Below, piece after piece: positions 44,310 through 53,107 of a stretch of 64,000 nt of DNA (positions are counted from its first letter, which is position 1; the number at the start of each line of letters is the position of its first letter). Under the pieces are notes generated by a model. It worked only from the letters and a program-made list of their open reading frames with translations, was not told the origin of the DNA and searched no databases. Location of the stretch: assembly GCA_963789265.1 (NCBI GenBank), contig CAWBKB010000003.1, forward strand, positions 1 through 64,000, in the 5' to 3' direction. The DNA is from an uncultured delta proteobacterium. GTDB lineage: Bacteria; Desulfobacterota; Desulfomonilia; Desulfomonilales; Desulfomonilaceae. A program made the translations under genes and the position numbers.

Positions 44310-44807
44310 CTATGCGGGCAAGTCGGGAGTATCTTCTTCGGTTCCGTACAGAGGGAAGTCTTTCCTTAGAGGATGAACGGTCCATCCTTCCGGAAGGAGG
44401 AGCTTCCGTGGATCGGGGTGGTTCTTAAAGGTTATGCCGAACATTTCGGCCGTTTCTCTCTCGTGCCAGTTAGCCGTAGGCCAGATGGGCACCACCGAAT
44501 CAATCGATGGTTCACTTTCAGCCGTATCTTCCAGCAGCGCCTTTATTCGAAATCGGTGATTGTGTTTCAGGGAATGGAGTTGGTAAACAACCTCGAAACG
44601 GGGGGTCTTCGGATACCTGTCCACTGCACCTACAAATGAGAGGAAGTCGAAGGACAGCTCGGGATCTTCTTTCAGATAACGGCAGACATCCAGGATCTTT
44701 TCCATCGTTACCGTCAAGCTGATCTGATCGCGAAATTCGACCGCGGTCTGTATTGTATCCGGTCCAAACTGGGCCAGAACCTTCTCTTTAATGTCTTCCT
44801 GTTTCAT
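44310..44807 (-). CDS. nuoC: NADH-quinone oxidoreductase subunit C
   Basis: [23 protein letters not shown]. Confidence 0.96.
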   Translation of the reverse strand: MKQEDIKEKVLAQFGPDTIQTAVEFRDQISLTVTMEKILDVCRYLKEDPELSFDFLSFVGAVDRYPKTPRFEVVYQLHSLKHNHRFRIKALLEDTAESEPSIDSVVPIWPTANWHERETAEMFGITFKNHPDPRKLLLPEGWTVHPLRKDFPLYGTEEDTPDLPA

Positions 44808-45313
44808 CTAGCGGCTGCCTTGATGCTTGTTACACGGGGATTGTGGATGGACTGCTCCTTCAGGACCTTGGCGTGAAGCTGTAAAATTCCGTCCACCAAT
44901 GCCTCGGGTTTGGGAGGGCAGCCAGGGATGTAGACATCCACCGGGAGGTGGCGGTCGATGCCTTGCACCACGGCGTAATTCTTGTAGATACCGCCGGTAC
45001 ACGCGCAAGCCCCCATGGCAATCACCCAGCGGGGTTCTGCCATTTGCTCATAGATTCTGAGTACCGCGGGGAGCATCTTCTTGGAGGCAGTACCGGAAAC
45101 TATCATCAGATCCGCATGCCGTGGAGAAGGTCGGAACACTTCCATGCCGAACCGGGAGAGATCGTACCGGCTGACAACCGTGGCTATCATCTCGAGAGCG
45201 CAGCATGCTAAGCCGAAACCCAGCGGCCACATGGATGACTTGCGCGCCCAGTTGACGAACCATTCGAGGTTGGTGACGTGAACGGTGTCGTTGAGATGTC
45301 CTTTTATTCCCAT
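44804..45313 (-). CDS. nuoB: NADH-quinone oxidoreductase subunit B
   Basis: [20 protein letters not shown] and IPGCPP; start overlaps the nuoA stop. Confidence 0.96.
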   Translation of the reverse strand: MGIKGHLNDTVHVTNLEWFVNWARKSSMWPLGFGLACCALEMIATVVSRYDLSRFGMEVFRPSPRHADLMIVSGTASKKMLPAVLRIYEQMAEPRWVIAMGACACTGGIYKNYAVVQGIDRHLPVDVYIPGCPPKPEALVDGILQLHAKVLKEQSIHNPRVTSIKAAAR

Positions 45314-45660
45314 TCCAATGCACCTTTTTTCCAAACATAAACGAGGCCCAAGAGGAGAACCACCACGAACACGAACATCTCCGCGAAGCCAAACATCTTC
45401 AACTGGTCGTAAATGGTCGCCCAGGGAAATAGGAAGATCAGTTCGATGTCGAAGACGATGAAGAGCATCCCCATTACAAAGAATCGGACTGAAAATCGTC
45501 GTCTCGCGCTTCCTATGGGATCCATACCGCATTCATACGGCATCAACTTGATCGGTGTAGGGTTTCTCCCGGCCAAAAGCGTGGAAAGCACAATAATAGC
45601 CAGGCCTATGAATGCGGATATCAGCAAAATCACCAGGATGGGAAGGTAGCTGTTGGTCAT
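45304..45660 (-). CDS. nuoA: NADH-quinone oxidoreductase subunit A
   Basis: PYECG, FDIE and KKGALEW. Confidence 0.96.
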   Translation of the reverse strand: MTNSYLPILVILLISAFIGLAIIVLSTLLAGRNPTPIKLMPYECGMDPIGSARRRFSVRFFVMGMLFIVFDIELIFLFPWATIYDQLKMFGFAEMFVFVVVLLLGLVYVWKKGALEWE

Positions 45661-45812
45661 ACCTCTTCTCCGGCTCCAAGCGCCTGCTTCCTGAAAACAG
45701 GAACCCCGACGCGATATTTATTAGTGACTATGATGGCTGATACGGAGAGGCATCCGATGAAGGGCCTACGTAACCGTAACATGCCCTTGTTACAGCCCGC
45801 CTGGCAAAGTTG

Positions 45813-46775
45813 TCAAGGTTTTTTTCCCGCTCTTCTCGTCGCCCCCGGGAGAGTATCTCCGAAAAGAAAAGCTATGTCAAGCCTGGTTCCGGCTCCGGGT
45901 TCAGACACGAGCCTCATCGTGTCCGAGCATCTTTTAATATTAGCCAAGCCCATGCCGGCACCGAATCCCATGTCTCGAATCCATTCCGGAGCGGTGGAGA
46001 AGCCCGGCTGAAGAACTTGTTGCAGGTTATCTATTCCGGGGCCGTGGTCAACTGCGGACACCATTAGCCGACCCTGACGAATTTCTACAGTTATTTCCCC
46101 GCCCACGTCAGTGTGTATAACGAGATTCATCTCGGCCTCGTATACCGCCACAGCGACTCTTCTCACCAGAGGCGGTAAAAATCCGAGCCGTTGAAGAGAT
46201 TTCTTGATCATGCTGGATGCCTTGCCCGCATTGGCAAAATCTTTGTCATTCACTATGTAACGCAAAGTGACGCTTGTATCGTCGGACTCGATGTCCTCGA
46301 ATATGTGGCTTGCGCGGTATGTTTGCAGCTTCTCGGCTTCCTTCTTCTGAAAGCTCACGTCCATTTCACGCAGAAGCGCCCTAATCACTGTGCCCGTGGT
46401 AAGGATGCCCACCAGTTTCCCGTCTCCGTCCACCACAGGCAATCTCGCGAATCCATGTCCGCCGAGATTGCTCAGGGCCTCCGTCAGGGACGCGTCCTTC
46501 GATACGGTCTTAACCTCCCGCGTCATGTTATCCGCGGCCCGCGTGCTCAGCAGCCCTTTTTCCATCGCGTCGATCACGTCGGTCATGCTCAGGATGCCGA
46601 CGATTCGGTCTCCATCAAGCACCGGCGCACCGGTAATGCGCTTGGCCCGCATCAACTCCTTCACATCGGCCATAGACATGGAGGGGTCGATCACGATGAC
46701 GTTCGGCGCCATGACGCTTTCCACTCTTGTGGTGTAAATCAACTCCTGAACTTTGGTGATTTCCTGGATAGTCAT
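45813..46775 (-). CDS. CBS-pair plus RsbT/RsbW-like Ser/Thr kinase (HATPase) fusion
   Basis: Two CBS domains, then YEAEMN, DHGPGI, GFSTA and GFGAGMGL. Confidence 0.9.
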   Translation of the reverse strand: MTIQEITKVQELIYTTRVESVMAPNVIVIDPSMSMADVKELMRAKRITGAPVLDGDRIVGILSMTDVIDAMEKGLLSTRAADNMTREVKTVSKDASLTEALSNLGGHGFARLPVVDGDGKLVGILTTGTVIRALLREMDVSFQKKEAEKLQTYRASHIFEDIESDDTSVTLRYIVNDKDFANAGKASSMIKKSLQRLGFLPPLVRRVAVAVYEAEMNLVIHTDVGGEITVEIRQGRLMVSAVDHGPGIDNLQQVLQPGFSTAPEWIRDMGFGAGMGLANIKRCSDTMRLVSEPGAGTRLDIAFLFGDTLPGATRRAGKKP

Positions 46776-46776
46776 G

Positions 46777-47148
46777 TCACCACGAGTCGTTTTGTATTTG
46801 TACCTGCCCGAGCCCCGGCAGCCCTGCTTTGAAGAGACGGCCGCAGGCCTCGTACATCGTATAACCTGTGTTGATAATCGTTATATTGGACTCACGCGCC
46901 AGTTCCACAGTTTCGGGAGGCGGAGTCTTGTCCCGCACGAACACGATCACGTTTATGCCCGCCATTTCTGCGGTGCGAACGACTTGGGGGTTGGTCAGAC
47001 CTGTCATGAGCACCATGCCTTCAGTGCCGAACGCGAGAACATCACTCATGAGGTCCGCTGCGCCGCCCCTCGGGACCTCCTCATCCAGACCATGATTTTC
47101 TACGAGGATCCGCCCTGATAGTATCTCCACCAGTTCCCGGATTTTCAT
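46777..47148 (-). CDS. DRTGG-domain protein
   Basis: ADLMSDVLA..TGLTNPQVVRTAEM..YEACGRL. Confidence 0.88.
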   Translation of the reverse strand: MKIRELVEILSGRILVENHGLDEEVPRGGAADLMSDVLAFGTEGMVLMTGLTNPQVVRTAEMAGINVIVFVRDKTPPPETVELARESNITIINTGYTMYEACGRLFKAGLPGLGQVQIQNDSW

Positions 47149-47347
47149 GAACTCTCCAGACCCGGCTATGACGGTCAAGAAAATTATTGGACCACCATCA
47201 TTCTATGTTGTCAAGCTCCAGAGCCTAGACTGGGCGCTTGATTGAGGGGGTTACAGCCACCCTTGCCTTGCCTGGATTCGCAGGTTATACAGGGCCACAG
47301 GTCACTCTTTTCGCAAACACGTTGAAGTTAGGCATTCGGTACGGAAG

Positions 47348-47422
47348 GAGATTGCTTCGCTGCGCTCGCAATGACAGGTGGTGGGAATGTCATTGCGAGG
47401 AGTGAAACGACGAGGCAATCTC
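47348..47422. repeat. Palindromic element (GTCATTGCGAG/GCAATCTC family), copy 1
   Basis: GAGATTGCTTCGCTGCGCTCGCAATGACA .. TGTCATTGCGAGGAGTGAAACGACGAGGCAATCTC. Confidence 0.8.
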
Positions 47423-47521
47423 CACATTGAAAACATGTGACCGAACCTGTGTACATGGCCCTCAAGTCCGGCACCTTGCCTGACTCCGGCAGACCAGTCT
47501 GAAAGAGACGCGCGTAATACG

Positions 47522-49378
47522 GTGAACAACATGCTCTATTCGGGTGACAAACCGAATCCGCACCTTAATTCATTCGTCATGGACCACGCCCGGAGCCGGT
47601 CCTTTGATTCCAACAGCGACAGTTATGTGGTACAGGAGTTTGCCTCTCCTATAAAAACTACGAAGAACTCGCCCATTTACAGCATGCATTCGTACCACCT
47701 GGGGAAAAAGCCGCATGATGCGGTGGAAGCTTACATCAAGCATTACACGTCAGCGGGTGATCTCGTGCTGGACCCATTTTGCGGGTCGGGCAGCACAGCT
47801 TTGGCTGCACTCGTGCAAGGCAGAAAGGCGATAGCCATAGATGCCTCGCCGGCTGCTACGTTCATCACTCGCTTCTACATTTCGCGATCCGATCCGACGG
47901 ACCTGGCCGACCGTTTTCAGCGAATGTGCGCCGCGGTGAGCGAAGAGATGAAATACCTTTACGGAACCGTCTGTCACCACTGCAACTCTTCGGCCACCAT
48001 CCATTATGCGATTTATTCAAACCTGTATGAATGTCCGTCGTGCTCCAGGCGCGTGTCCCTATATGAAGCCGGCCGGCACAATCCCCCGTGCTGCCCGTGG
48101 TGCCTCTCCGAACACGGACTCTTCCAACCTATTTCTCCATTCCTCAGGACTCACGGCTATGAGCCTGTGGCAGTAAATTTTTCATGCCACGGCTCCTGTA
48201 AGCCGAAGCGGATGACCCGCTCGATCTTGGGGTCGGCAAAAGATCGCGAAGCATTTCAAGGTATAGATGTTCCTCGAATTCGAGAAATAGAGGCTGCTCC
48301 TGTTACTTACCCTTATCCGAACCGGTTCATGATGAACGTCGCGGACCCAAACATTCCCTGGGGTGACGAATGGCGCCCCAGTCGAAACTTCAGACGGGTT
48401 GCGGATCTCTTCACCTGCAGAAATCTCAGAGCAGTTGCCGCGTTCATGCAGGCAGCCGGTTCAGATGAAGATCTTCGCGCGATAATCACGTCGGGTATGT
48501 TTGCAGTGAGCCGAAAGGCCCAGCATCTTGATGAAGGCGGCGGATATGTGCCGGGTAACTGGGCTTTGCCCCCCATGTCCAAGCAGCGCAACTGTATGGA
48601 AAGCCTTAGTAGAATCTTCGCTCGCATTTTGACCGCCAAGAAAATCCTCAACACGCGATTACAATCGCAAGACGCGTGCATTTCCACTCAATCCGCAACT
48701 TCATTGGCTCAGATCCCGTCCGATTCGGTGGATTATATTTTCACCGATCCGCCGTACGGTGGAACGGTTCAGTATGGCGAACTGAACTTCATCTGGGAGT
48801 CGTGGTTGGGCTTGAATACGGAGTGGCACGATCAAGAGATCGTTGTGAATCGTACCCGTGGGAAGTCGTTGCAGGACTGGGCGGAAATGATGTTCCTCGC
48901 GATAGGGGAATGCTACCGTGTGCTGAAGCCCGGCCGGTGTCTCTCACTCTGCTGGCACGATGCCTCAGCCTCAACCTGGCGCCACCTGCAAAACATCATG
49001 GCCGGAGTGGGGTTCACTGTGGAGCAATCCGACCGCGCGCTGTACATTGATACCGGTTCCAATACATACAATCAGCGAGTAACCGACAAGGTGGTGAGGC
49101 GCGATCTGGTCATAAATTTTCGGAAGCCGCGGCCTGGGGAATCAGATCGCGATGCCTTGGCAGTCAGAACAACCTCGACCCCTTTTCACGTCAGAGCCCG
49201 CCTCATTATCACAGATTATTTGAAAGCTCATCCGGGATCGCCCAAAGACAGAATATACGATCACCTTATGTGCAAACTCATCAGAACAGGTCCAGTAGAA
49301 GACCACGACTTCGGCAAGCTCCTGTCGCAGATCGCTATAAAAGCCGGTGATGGCAGAAATGCGTGGTTTTTGATGTAA
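47522..49378 (+). CDS. Orphan N6-adenine/N4-cytosine DNA methyltransferase with a Cys-rich insertion
   Basis: Motif I VLDPFCGSG precedes motif IV FTDPPY; RVLKPG; several CxxC pairs lie between the motifs. Confidence 0.9.
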   Translation: MNNMLYSGDKPNPHLNSFVMDHARSRSFDSNSDSYVVQEFASPIKTTKNSPIYSMHSYHLGKKPHDAVEAYIKHYTSAGDLVLDPFCGSGSTALAALVQGRKAIAIDASPAATFITRFYISRSDPTDLADRFQRMCAAVSEEMKYLYGTVCHHCNSSATIHYAIYSNLYECPSCSRRVSLYEAGRHNPPCCPWCLSEHGLFQPISPFLRTHGYEPVAVNFSCHGSCKPKRMTRSILGSAKDREAFQGIDVPRIREIEAAPVTYPYPNRFMMNVADPNIPWGDEWRPSRNFRRVADLFTCRNLRAVAAFMQAAGSDEDLRAIITSGMFAVSRKAQHLDEGGGYVPGNWALPPMSKQRNCMESLSRIFARILTAKKILNTRLQSQDACISTQSATSLAQIPSDSVDYIFTDPPYGGTVQYGELNFIWESWLGLNTEWHDQEIVVNRTRGKSLQDWAEMMFLAIGECYRVLKPGRCLSLCWHDASASTWRHLQNIMAGVGFTVEQSDRALYIDTGSNTYNQRVTDKVVRRDLVINFRKPRPGESDRDALAVRTTSTPFHVRARLIITDYLKAHPGSPKDRIYDHLMCKLIRTGPVEDHDFGKLLSQIAIKAGDGRNAWFLM

Positions 49379-49402
49379 TCCCCGCCACGGCAATGAGCAA
49401 AT

Positions 49403-49750
49403 CTAGGCCGCTACTCGCTTGCCGTCGAGAAGCTTTAGACAGAGAGAATGCAGCTTAGTCAATTCACGCTGAAATTCGCGTTGAGCTTCTTCCGCGGGCA
49501 ACGAGTCAAAGAGGTCCGGCAATTGAACTCCGTGGCTCATGATTTGGTCCGCGATAGTTTTTTTCATGGTTTTCCGAACAAACAGGCAGTTCTCAGCGTG
49601 AAAGAAAATACTGCGCGAGTCCTTTACGCCTATCAATCCGCTCGTGAGTGACTCGATGATACCTAGACACAGCAAGGTAAAAAAAGTGATCTGCTGCTCT
49701 CTATCGCCTGTCTGCAAAAGTAAGCTTTTAAGATTTATAACGTTTCTCAT
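49403..49750 (-). CDS. DUF3969-like small helical protein (putative immunity protein)
   Basis: LLCLGIIESL..IFF..IMSHGVQLPD pattern; start overlaps the stop of an upstream remnant (ATGA). Confidence 0.6.
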   Translation of the reverse strand: MRNVINLKSLLLQTGDREQQITFFTLLCLGIIESLTSGLIGVKDSRSIFFHAENCLFVRKTMKKTIADQIMSHGVQLPDLFDSLPAEEAQREFQRELTKLHSLCLKLLDGKRVAA

Positions 49751-49890
49751 CGGACACCATACTTTGGGAAGAATTTGACTCCAGCGACTTGACCCGACGC
49801 GTGTTCAAAATAATGGACTTCACCCGTAGAACCGAGCTTGATCACCTTCTGCTATTTTCCAGGAGGCGGCGCTTGGAAACCAGGATTTTA
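49747..49890 (-). pseudogene. Remnant of a toxin-tip-like ORF
   Basis: Frame reads NPGFQAPPPGK*QKVIKLGSTGEVHYFEHASGQVAGVKFFPKYGVR*, with an internal TAG and no start. Confidence 0.45.
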
Positions 49891-49940
49891 TAGGGATTCT
49901 CAAAAGTAATCGCGGATTGACCAGACGAGACGCCAAAGAT

Positions 49941-50022
49941 TGTCATTGCGAGGGCGAGGGCCCGAAGCAATCTCGACTGGGGCAAAACTGAGATTGCGTC
50001 GTCGTTCCTCCTCGCAATGACA
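49941..50022. repeat. Palindromic element (GTCATTGCGAG/GCAATCTC family), copy 2
   Basis: TGTCATTGCGAGGGCGAGGGCCCGAAGCAATCTC .. GAGATTGCGTCGTCGTTCCTCCTCGCAATGACA. Confidence 0.8.
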
Positions 50023-50214
50023 CGGTTCAGCCGTTCGAGTTTTTACGAGTAGCAGATCCCAACCCGACGATATTTTCGAGGACTGCTACAAATTCATCCC
50101 CTTTTCAATAGCATGTTGCCTGATCTCTCTTCGCTGCTATAATGAGGTCGGGCGAACACAGAATTGTAAGGCTGACTATCTCAAGTGCGACTTTCTCAGC
50201 ATACTGGAGATGAC

Positions 50215-51054
50215 ATGACTGCTATCAACATGACCAAGGTCAAGGAATTCTTGGAAGTCCTCGGAGTGAAAGAAGACCCCCTGGGCATGCTTTACTCCAA
50301 CGATCAACCTACTGAAGGCATTTCGCCCAAGCCCGGGATGCTCCCGACTAGAGAAGCGGAAGCTGCGCAACAGGTCGATTGGCCTTCAATAAACGCAAAC
50401 TGGAGCTGCGTAATCGGCGCGATCTGGCGCGCTCGCAAGAAAAGAACCACCGCGTATTTCGACAGGGAACATTTTGGATGTTTGGGCGGTGCGTTCTATC
50501 TTGGTTTCTTGAAACAACAACTGGAGACGATCACCTATTATGTATCGACAGGAATTCCGGGCCAATTGGAAGGCGAACATTACCTTGAATCCGCGGAGGT
50601 CACCAAGAACTTCTTCCGAACAGTAGACCCTCGCCCCGCGCCCGCGAAGTTTTGCATTTTCAAGCCCATCAGTCTGTTCCGCGAAGACGAGAGTCCGGAA
50701 CTTGTCATCTTCTTTTCGAGACCTGAGAGTGTCGCGGGGCTCAATCAGTTAGCCACATTCGTAACCAACGACTTTGAAGCAGTCTCTTCCCCTTTCGGAG
50801 CGGGGTGCTCGAACATCGTGACCTGGCCGCTCAGGTATCTTGCGCAAGGAAAACTTAAAGCGGTTCTCGGGGGCTGGGACCCTTCGGACCGCAAGTTTCT
50901 GAAGCCCGACGAAATCACCTTCACGGTTCCGTACGAGATGTTTGTGCGGATGGTCGATCGATGGTCCGATTCGTTTCTCGCCACTGCGACATGGGAAGTC
51001 GTGAAAAAGAAAGCAGAGCGTAGCCGCAAGGCCTGGGGAGAATCGGAGGATTAG
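50215..51054 (+). CDS. DUF169 domain protein
   Basis: CV..AR, GCLGG, PELVIFF, PFGAGC and DPSDR pattern. Confidence 0.75.
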   Translation: MTAINMTKVKEFLEVLGVKEDPLGMLYSNDQPTEGISPKPGMLPTREAEAAQQVDWPSINANWSCVIGAIWRARKKRTTAYFDREHFGCLGGAFYLGFLKQQLETITYYVSTGIPGQLEGEHYLESAEVTKNFFRTVDPRPAPAKFCIFKPISLFREDESPELVIFFSRPESVAGLNQLATFVTNDFEAVSSPFGAGCSNIVTWPLRYLAQGKLKAVLGGWDPSDRKFLKPDEITFTVPYEMFVRMVDRWSDSFLATATWEVVKKKAERSRKAWGESED

Positions 51055-51165
51055 AAGCGGTAGCAAGGCCGCTTGAAATCGCAAGATGCGGTTTCCCCGC
51101 CAGTACCATCGGAGCTACCGCATCCCGCACGAGCCGCAGCACCTACCGATCAAGCGTCAACCTTG

Positions 51166-51567
51166 TCACTGGCTCTTTTCAAGGTTGTTCATCTCTCGGT
51201 CGAACTCACGCCAATACGCTCTATTACAGCCGGAAATGCAGTTGGCATACAGGTAATAACCGGGCTGATAACCGCCGCCACCTCCCCAGCCCTGCTCTTC
51301 CACTTGAGGAGGAGAGTCTTCATCTGAATAGGGAGAAAGGCCGTAACGCTCGCGGCATGACTGTTCACATCCTTCGCGGTCGAACTCGACCAATTTGCCG
51401 TATTGTGCAAGGCCCACACTCGAACACGGAAGAATGACCGCAAATGCCGGATTGATGAATTGCGTGGGCGAAGCCGCAAAGACCTGAGGCGAAAAGCCGC
51501 CGAACGTTAACAATAGTGCAACACCCACCACTGCTGTTCCTGCCGGTAAAAATTGTGACCGTCGCAT
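51166..51567 (-). CDS. Small exported Cys-containing protein
   Basis: GAGGAGG RBS, signal peptide, CEQSC ... CISGC (twin CX3C). Confidence 0.65.
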   Translation of the reverse strand: MRRSQFLPAGTAVVGVALLLTFGGFSPQVFAASPTQFINPAFAVILPCSSVGLAQYGKLVEFDREGCEQSCRERYGLSPYSDEDSPPQVEEQGWGGGGGYQPGYYLYANCISGCNRAYWREFDREMNNLEKSQ

Positions 51568-51674
51568 TGTGCGCCCTCCTCTTGTCATTGAATCATTCCT
51601 AGTCCTCATCCACCACTACAAGAGTTAGATGCAACGGGAAGACTTTTGTTTCATGAAGTGATGGAACTTCGCTG

Positions 51675-52808
51675 TCACCCGGTTAGAGACGCCTTAAGCG
51701 CCTCACAGACCCTGTCCTGCTGCTGATCGGTCAAATGAGAATAGAGAGGAAGGGCAAGCGACTCACGCGAAGCAGTGTAAGTGTTGGGAAGCTCCCCAAC
51801 GATGCGATGCGGTCGATTTTTGAACGCAGTTTGAGCGTGAACCGGTGGGTGGAAGTATCTCTTAGTTTGTATGTTGTGGGACTTCATCTTTTCGTAGACC
51901 GCGTCCCGCTTTAAACGGGCCTCGTCGCCAATCAACACCGTGAAATAGTTCCCGCTGGAGGTCCGATCGTTCGGAAATTCCTGGACCCGGCAGCCCGGAA
52001 ACGTGGCCACACAGGCCCTATATCTCCCAATCAATCTTAGTCTTGCCTTGATCAGACGCTCTGCGTCGCGTAGACTTAGAAGTCCCACAGCCCCATGAAG
52101 CTCACTCATCCTGACCGAAAGTCCGTTATATGCCATGTTTTCGCCGTCAGGCCCCTTGCCGTAATCTCTCATGCTTCGGAGCTTCTCGGCCAAAATACGG
52201 TCGTTCGTGGTAACCAAACCGCCTTCAATCGCCGTGACCACTTTGGTGGGGCTGAGAGAGAATACCTCACAAAGCCCAAATACGCCCGAAGGCTTGTCAC
52301 GAAATCTGGATCCGAGTCCCTGTGCTGAATCGAACAGTAGCGGAATAGAGTACTTGACGGATATGTCGTGCAGACGGTCCATGTCCGGCGGCAAGCCGAA
52401 TATGTTTACAGGGCACACGGCCGCGGTCCTCGGCCCTACCGCCTTGACAACCTCATCCGGATCTATGGTCATTGTCCCGGGCAGGCAATCAACAAAGACC
52501 GGAACAAGCCTGTTCCAAAATATCGCCTCCACCGTCGCGGCAAAGGTGAAAGAGGGCACAACGACTTCGGCCCCGTCCGGAAAGTCCATGGCCGCGAAAG
52601 CCAACATCAGACCCGATGTGCAACTTGAAACCGCGACTGCATGGCTAGCGCCCGTGAGTCGGCAGGCTTCTTGCTCAAAGGCCGCAACGATATGCCCGGA
52701 GGTCACGATACCTGCTTCGGAAGCCTGTCGGAACATCTCCAGGATTTTGCTCATGTCCGGCAAAGTCGGACGAATCAACGGGATCGGCGGTTCGAATTTG
52801 GCACCCAT
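51675..52808 (-). CDS. DegT/DnrJ/EryC1/StrS family PLP-dependent aminotransferase
   Basis: SSCTSGL, PSFTFAAT, DSAQG and SLSPTK..EGG. Confidence 0.93.
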   Translation of the reverse strand: MGAKFEPPIPLIRPTLPDMSKILEMFRQASEAGIVTSGHIVAAFEQEACRLTGASHAVAVSSCTSGLMLAFAAMDFPDGAEVVVPSFTFAATVEAIFWNRLVPVFVDCLPGTMTIDPDEVVKAVGPRTAAVCPVNIFGLPPDMDRLHDISVKYSIPLLFDSAQGLGSRFRDKPSGVFGLCEVFSLSPTKVVTAIEGGLVTTNDRILAEKLRSMRDYGKGPDGENMAYNGLSVRMSELHGAVGLLSLRDAERLIKARLRLIGRYRACVATFPGCRVQEFPNDRTSSGNYFTVLIGDEARLKRDAVYEKMKSHNIQTKRYFHPPVHAQTAFKNRPHRIVGELPNTYTASRESLALPLYSHLTDQQQDRVCEALKASLTG

Positions 52809-53107
52809 TAGACTCCACTGAAACGCATTGAGATTTGCCTGGAGAATCTCTCATACCTTCTTTCCTCCGGCAAGGCGAACGACAGGGAATTCTTGCCCGA
52901 CGGTAGTAGAGTGGAAAGTTAGGCGGCTGAAAAGAACCTATCGCAAATTGAAAAATAGCGCCACTGCAAAGTATTCATCGAGAGGAGCCTGAGGTCATGT
53001 TTGTGCAATGGTGCCCGCTCTTGACGAACCTTCTACCGTGTGTTCCAATACTAAGAGGCGACTTCTAAAGAAGAAAGCATTTTCAAAACAAGCGAAGGGA
53101 CAACATA

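Noticed and set aside
43085..45313. Group 4 [NiFe]-hydrogenase subunits
   Set aside because: The large subunit lacks both CxxC Ni-binding motifs, and the small subunit has the tandem CC typical of NuoB.
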